A DNA stretch of 64,000 nt from Alsobacter soli (GTDB taxonomy: Bacteria; Pseudomonadota; Alphaproteobacteria; Rhizobiales; Beijerinckiaceae). Location of the stretch: assembly GCA_945883115.1 (NCBI GenBank), contig CAMCXA010000005.1, positions 6,479-70,478 on the forward strand. Direction: 5' to 3'. Within the stretch, counting starts at the first letter, position 1, and each line of letters begins with the position of its first letter. Below, piece by piece: positions 63,230 through 64,000 of the stretch. The translations under genes and the position numbers were made by a program. The notes under the pieces are model-generated. The model saw nothing but the letters and a program-made list of their open reading frames with translations, had not been told where the DNA came from and ran no database searches.

Positions 63230-63418
63230 CCTTCTCCCCGCGGGAGAAGGTGTCGCGGGACGCGACGGATGAGGGACTAACGCCCACCGCCGGCCCGCCG
63301 CTTAGCTCCTTGCGTTCGTTACTCGAAAAGCGCCACTGGGTTTTCGTTTGGCTAACGCCAAACCGCTCCTCACCCTCACCCGTCTGCTCCGCAGCCACCC
63401 TCTCCCTCAGGGAGAGGG
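63230..63418. repeat. GC-rich REP/RIME-like intergenic element with three hairpins
   Basis: Hairpin 1 is CCTTCTCCC-cgc-GGGAGAAGG (63230-50). Hairpin 2 is GTCGCG-gga-CGCGAC (63252-66). Hairpin 3 is CCCTCTCCC-tca-GGGAGAGGG (63398-418). This is the sequence type that yields spurious PSPRERGEG-like peptides in alphaproteobacterial genomes. Confidence 0.7.
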
Positions 63419-63436
63419 GAGAATGACGGCGGCACT

Positions 63437-63470
63437 AAAAAACCCCGGTGCGGGAGCACCGGGGTTTCTT
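63437..63470. terminator. Bidirectional intrinsic terminator
   Basis: AAAAAA-CCCCGGTGC-ggga-GCACCGGGG-TTTCTTT. It sits between the convergent slt and porin genes. Confidence 0.8.
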
Positions 63471-63490
63471 TGGATGCCTGATCGGGAGGA

Positions 63491-64000
63491 TCAGAAATCG
63501 CGGTTGATGCGGAGGTAGACGGTGCCTTCTGTAGTCTTGGTTGCACCTGTCTTCGACTCGGATACGAGGTATTCCGGACGGATTGTGAGGTTCTTTGCGA
63601 CAGTGTGCTGATAAAACACGCTGTAGGAGGTTGTTGTCGTTTCCGTTGCACCACTCTCGTGCTTGTTTTGGACGCCTGCGAGAGCGACCATGCCGTTTGC
63701 ACCAACCTTGGCGTTGATTTCAGCACCCATGCTGGAGCCCTTCAAGGCAGTGGTTCCAACGAGATCATCCAGCGCTGCCGGAGAACCCGTGTATTTGCCA
63801 GCTGCTTCGCTCATGCCGCCGAACAGAATGAGGCCGACGCCGCTGCCGACATCTGCTGTCAACTGGCCTAGGAAAGCATAGCCCTGCTTCGTGCCTGTGC
63901 CAGATGCTGAATTGATGGCTTCATGTGAGACACCCGTGACCTTGACGCCGACCGGGCCGAACTTGCCGGAGACCTGAGCGAGAATGTCCGGACGGTCAGA
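63491..64000 (-). CDS. Outer-membrane porin (Rhizobiales Omp2/RopA-like); N-terminal part lies beyond the window edge
   Basis: The C-terminus ...TEGTVYLRINRDF ends in an aromatic residue, as in beta-barrel porins. My own translation shows the frame stays open from the track start (63862) to position 64000. Confidence 0.7.
   Translation of the reverse strand, partial: SDRPDILAQVSGKFGPVGVKVTGVSHEAINSASGTGTKQGYAFLGQLTADVGSGVGLILFGGMSEAAGKYTGSPAALDDLVGTTALKGSSMGAEINAKVGANGMVALAGVQNKHESGATETTTTSYSVFYQHTVAKNLTIRPEYLVSESKTGATKTTEGTVYLRINRDF

Noticed and set aside
1-64000. Mobile elements, prophage, integron, toxin-antitoxin, CRISPR-Cas or restriction-modification modules.
   Set aside because: No transposase, integrase, recombinase, phage structural, Cas or methyltransferase/nuclease ORFs are visible in any frame. 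The low-GC block lacks att-like direct repeats and tRNA anchors.

Overview
This window looks like chromosomal DNA from a high-GC alphaproteobacterium, probably Rhizobiales-like. That assignment is an inference from gene content, ICE-type iron boxes and GC-rich REP-like hairpins. It is densely coding. I found no rRNA, tRNA, CRISPR array, transposase or integrase, and no recognisable defence system.

Gene content from left to right:
- 1-7.3 kb: an inositol-type catabolic cluster with two Gfo/Idh/MocA oxidoreductases, an IolE-like protein, iolC, iolB, a class II aldolase and a PhyH-family dioxygenase.
- 7.3-11.2 kb: a GntR-VOC-ABC operon whose binding protein is of the NMT1/THI5 type.
- 11.4-19 kb: a histidine phosphatase, a fatty-acid hydroxylase, cspA, a short AT-rich segment with two orphan small ORFs, a Zn-dependent alcohol dehydrogenase, a serine hydrolase, an adenosine/adenine deaminase and cfa.
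- 19-29.5 kb: a basic amino acid (His/Arg/opine-type) ABC transporter, a TetR regulator, an AruH-like aminotransferase, an AruI-like ThDP decarboxylase, a DDAH-family enzyme and a dimethylglycine/sarcosine dehydrogenase-like protein.
- About 28.5-39 kb: a lower-GC block with an SMP-30 lactonase-like protein, a class III aminotransferase, an OYE/FAD flavoprotein, a DUF2177 protein, an EamA transporter, TerC, nagA and a BadF-type sugar kinase.
- 39-42 kb: argC and a DEAD-box helicase with a repetitive tail.
- 42.4-49.5 kb: the NAD-dependent formate dehydrogenase operon fdsGBACD with a LysR regulator.
- 49.5-57.8 kb: an alpha/beta hydrolase and the suf Fe-S cluster operon (nifS-like, sufBCDS, DUF59, TfoX_N, sufA).
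- 57.8-64 kb: an RhlE-like helicase, smpB, dapA, a soluble lytic transglycosylase and a porin cut by the window edge.

I see no clear new multi-gene system. The most interesting signals are regulatory or structural:
- a perfect sigma54 -24/-12 promoter in front of an orphan 60-aa ORF next to cspA;
- a repeat-dense control region at 26.8 kb that shares 13-nt and 10-nt words with a 66-nt symmetric hairpin at 42.3 kb, whose core is a 24-nt perfect palindrome;
- two Irr/ICE-like palindromes, one expected at suf and one unexpected at the nagK/nagA promoter;
- a gapped 22-nt motif shared by the fdsG and hydrolase leaders;
- a sharp GC drop inside the dimethylglycine-dehydrogenase-like ORF;
- a 66-nt periodic coding repeat in a DEAD-box helicase tail;
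- an arginine-transaminase-like module linked to a DDAH-family gene.
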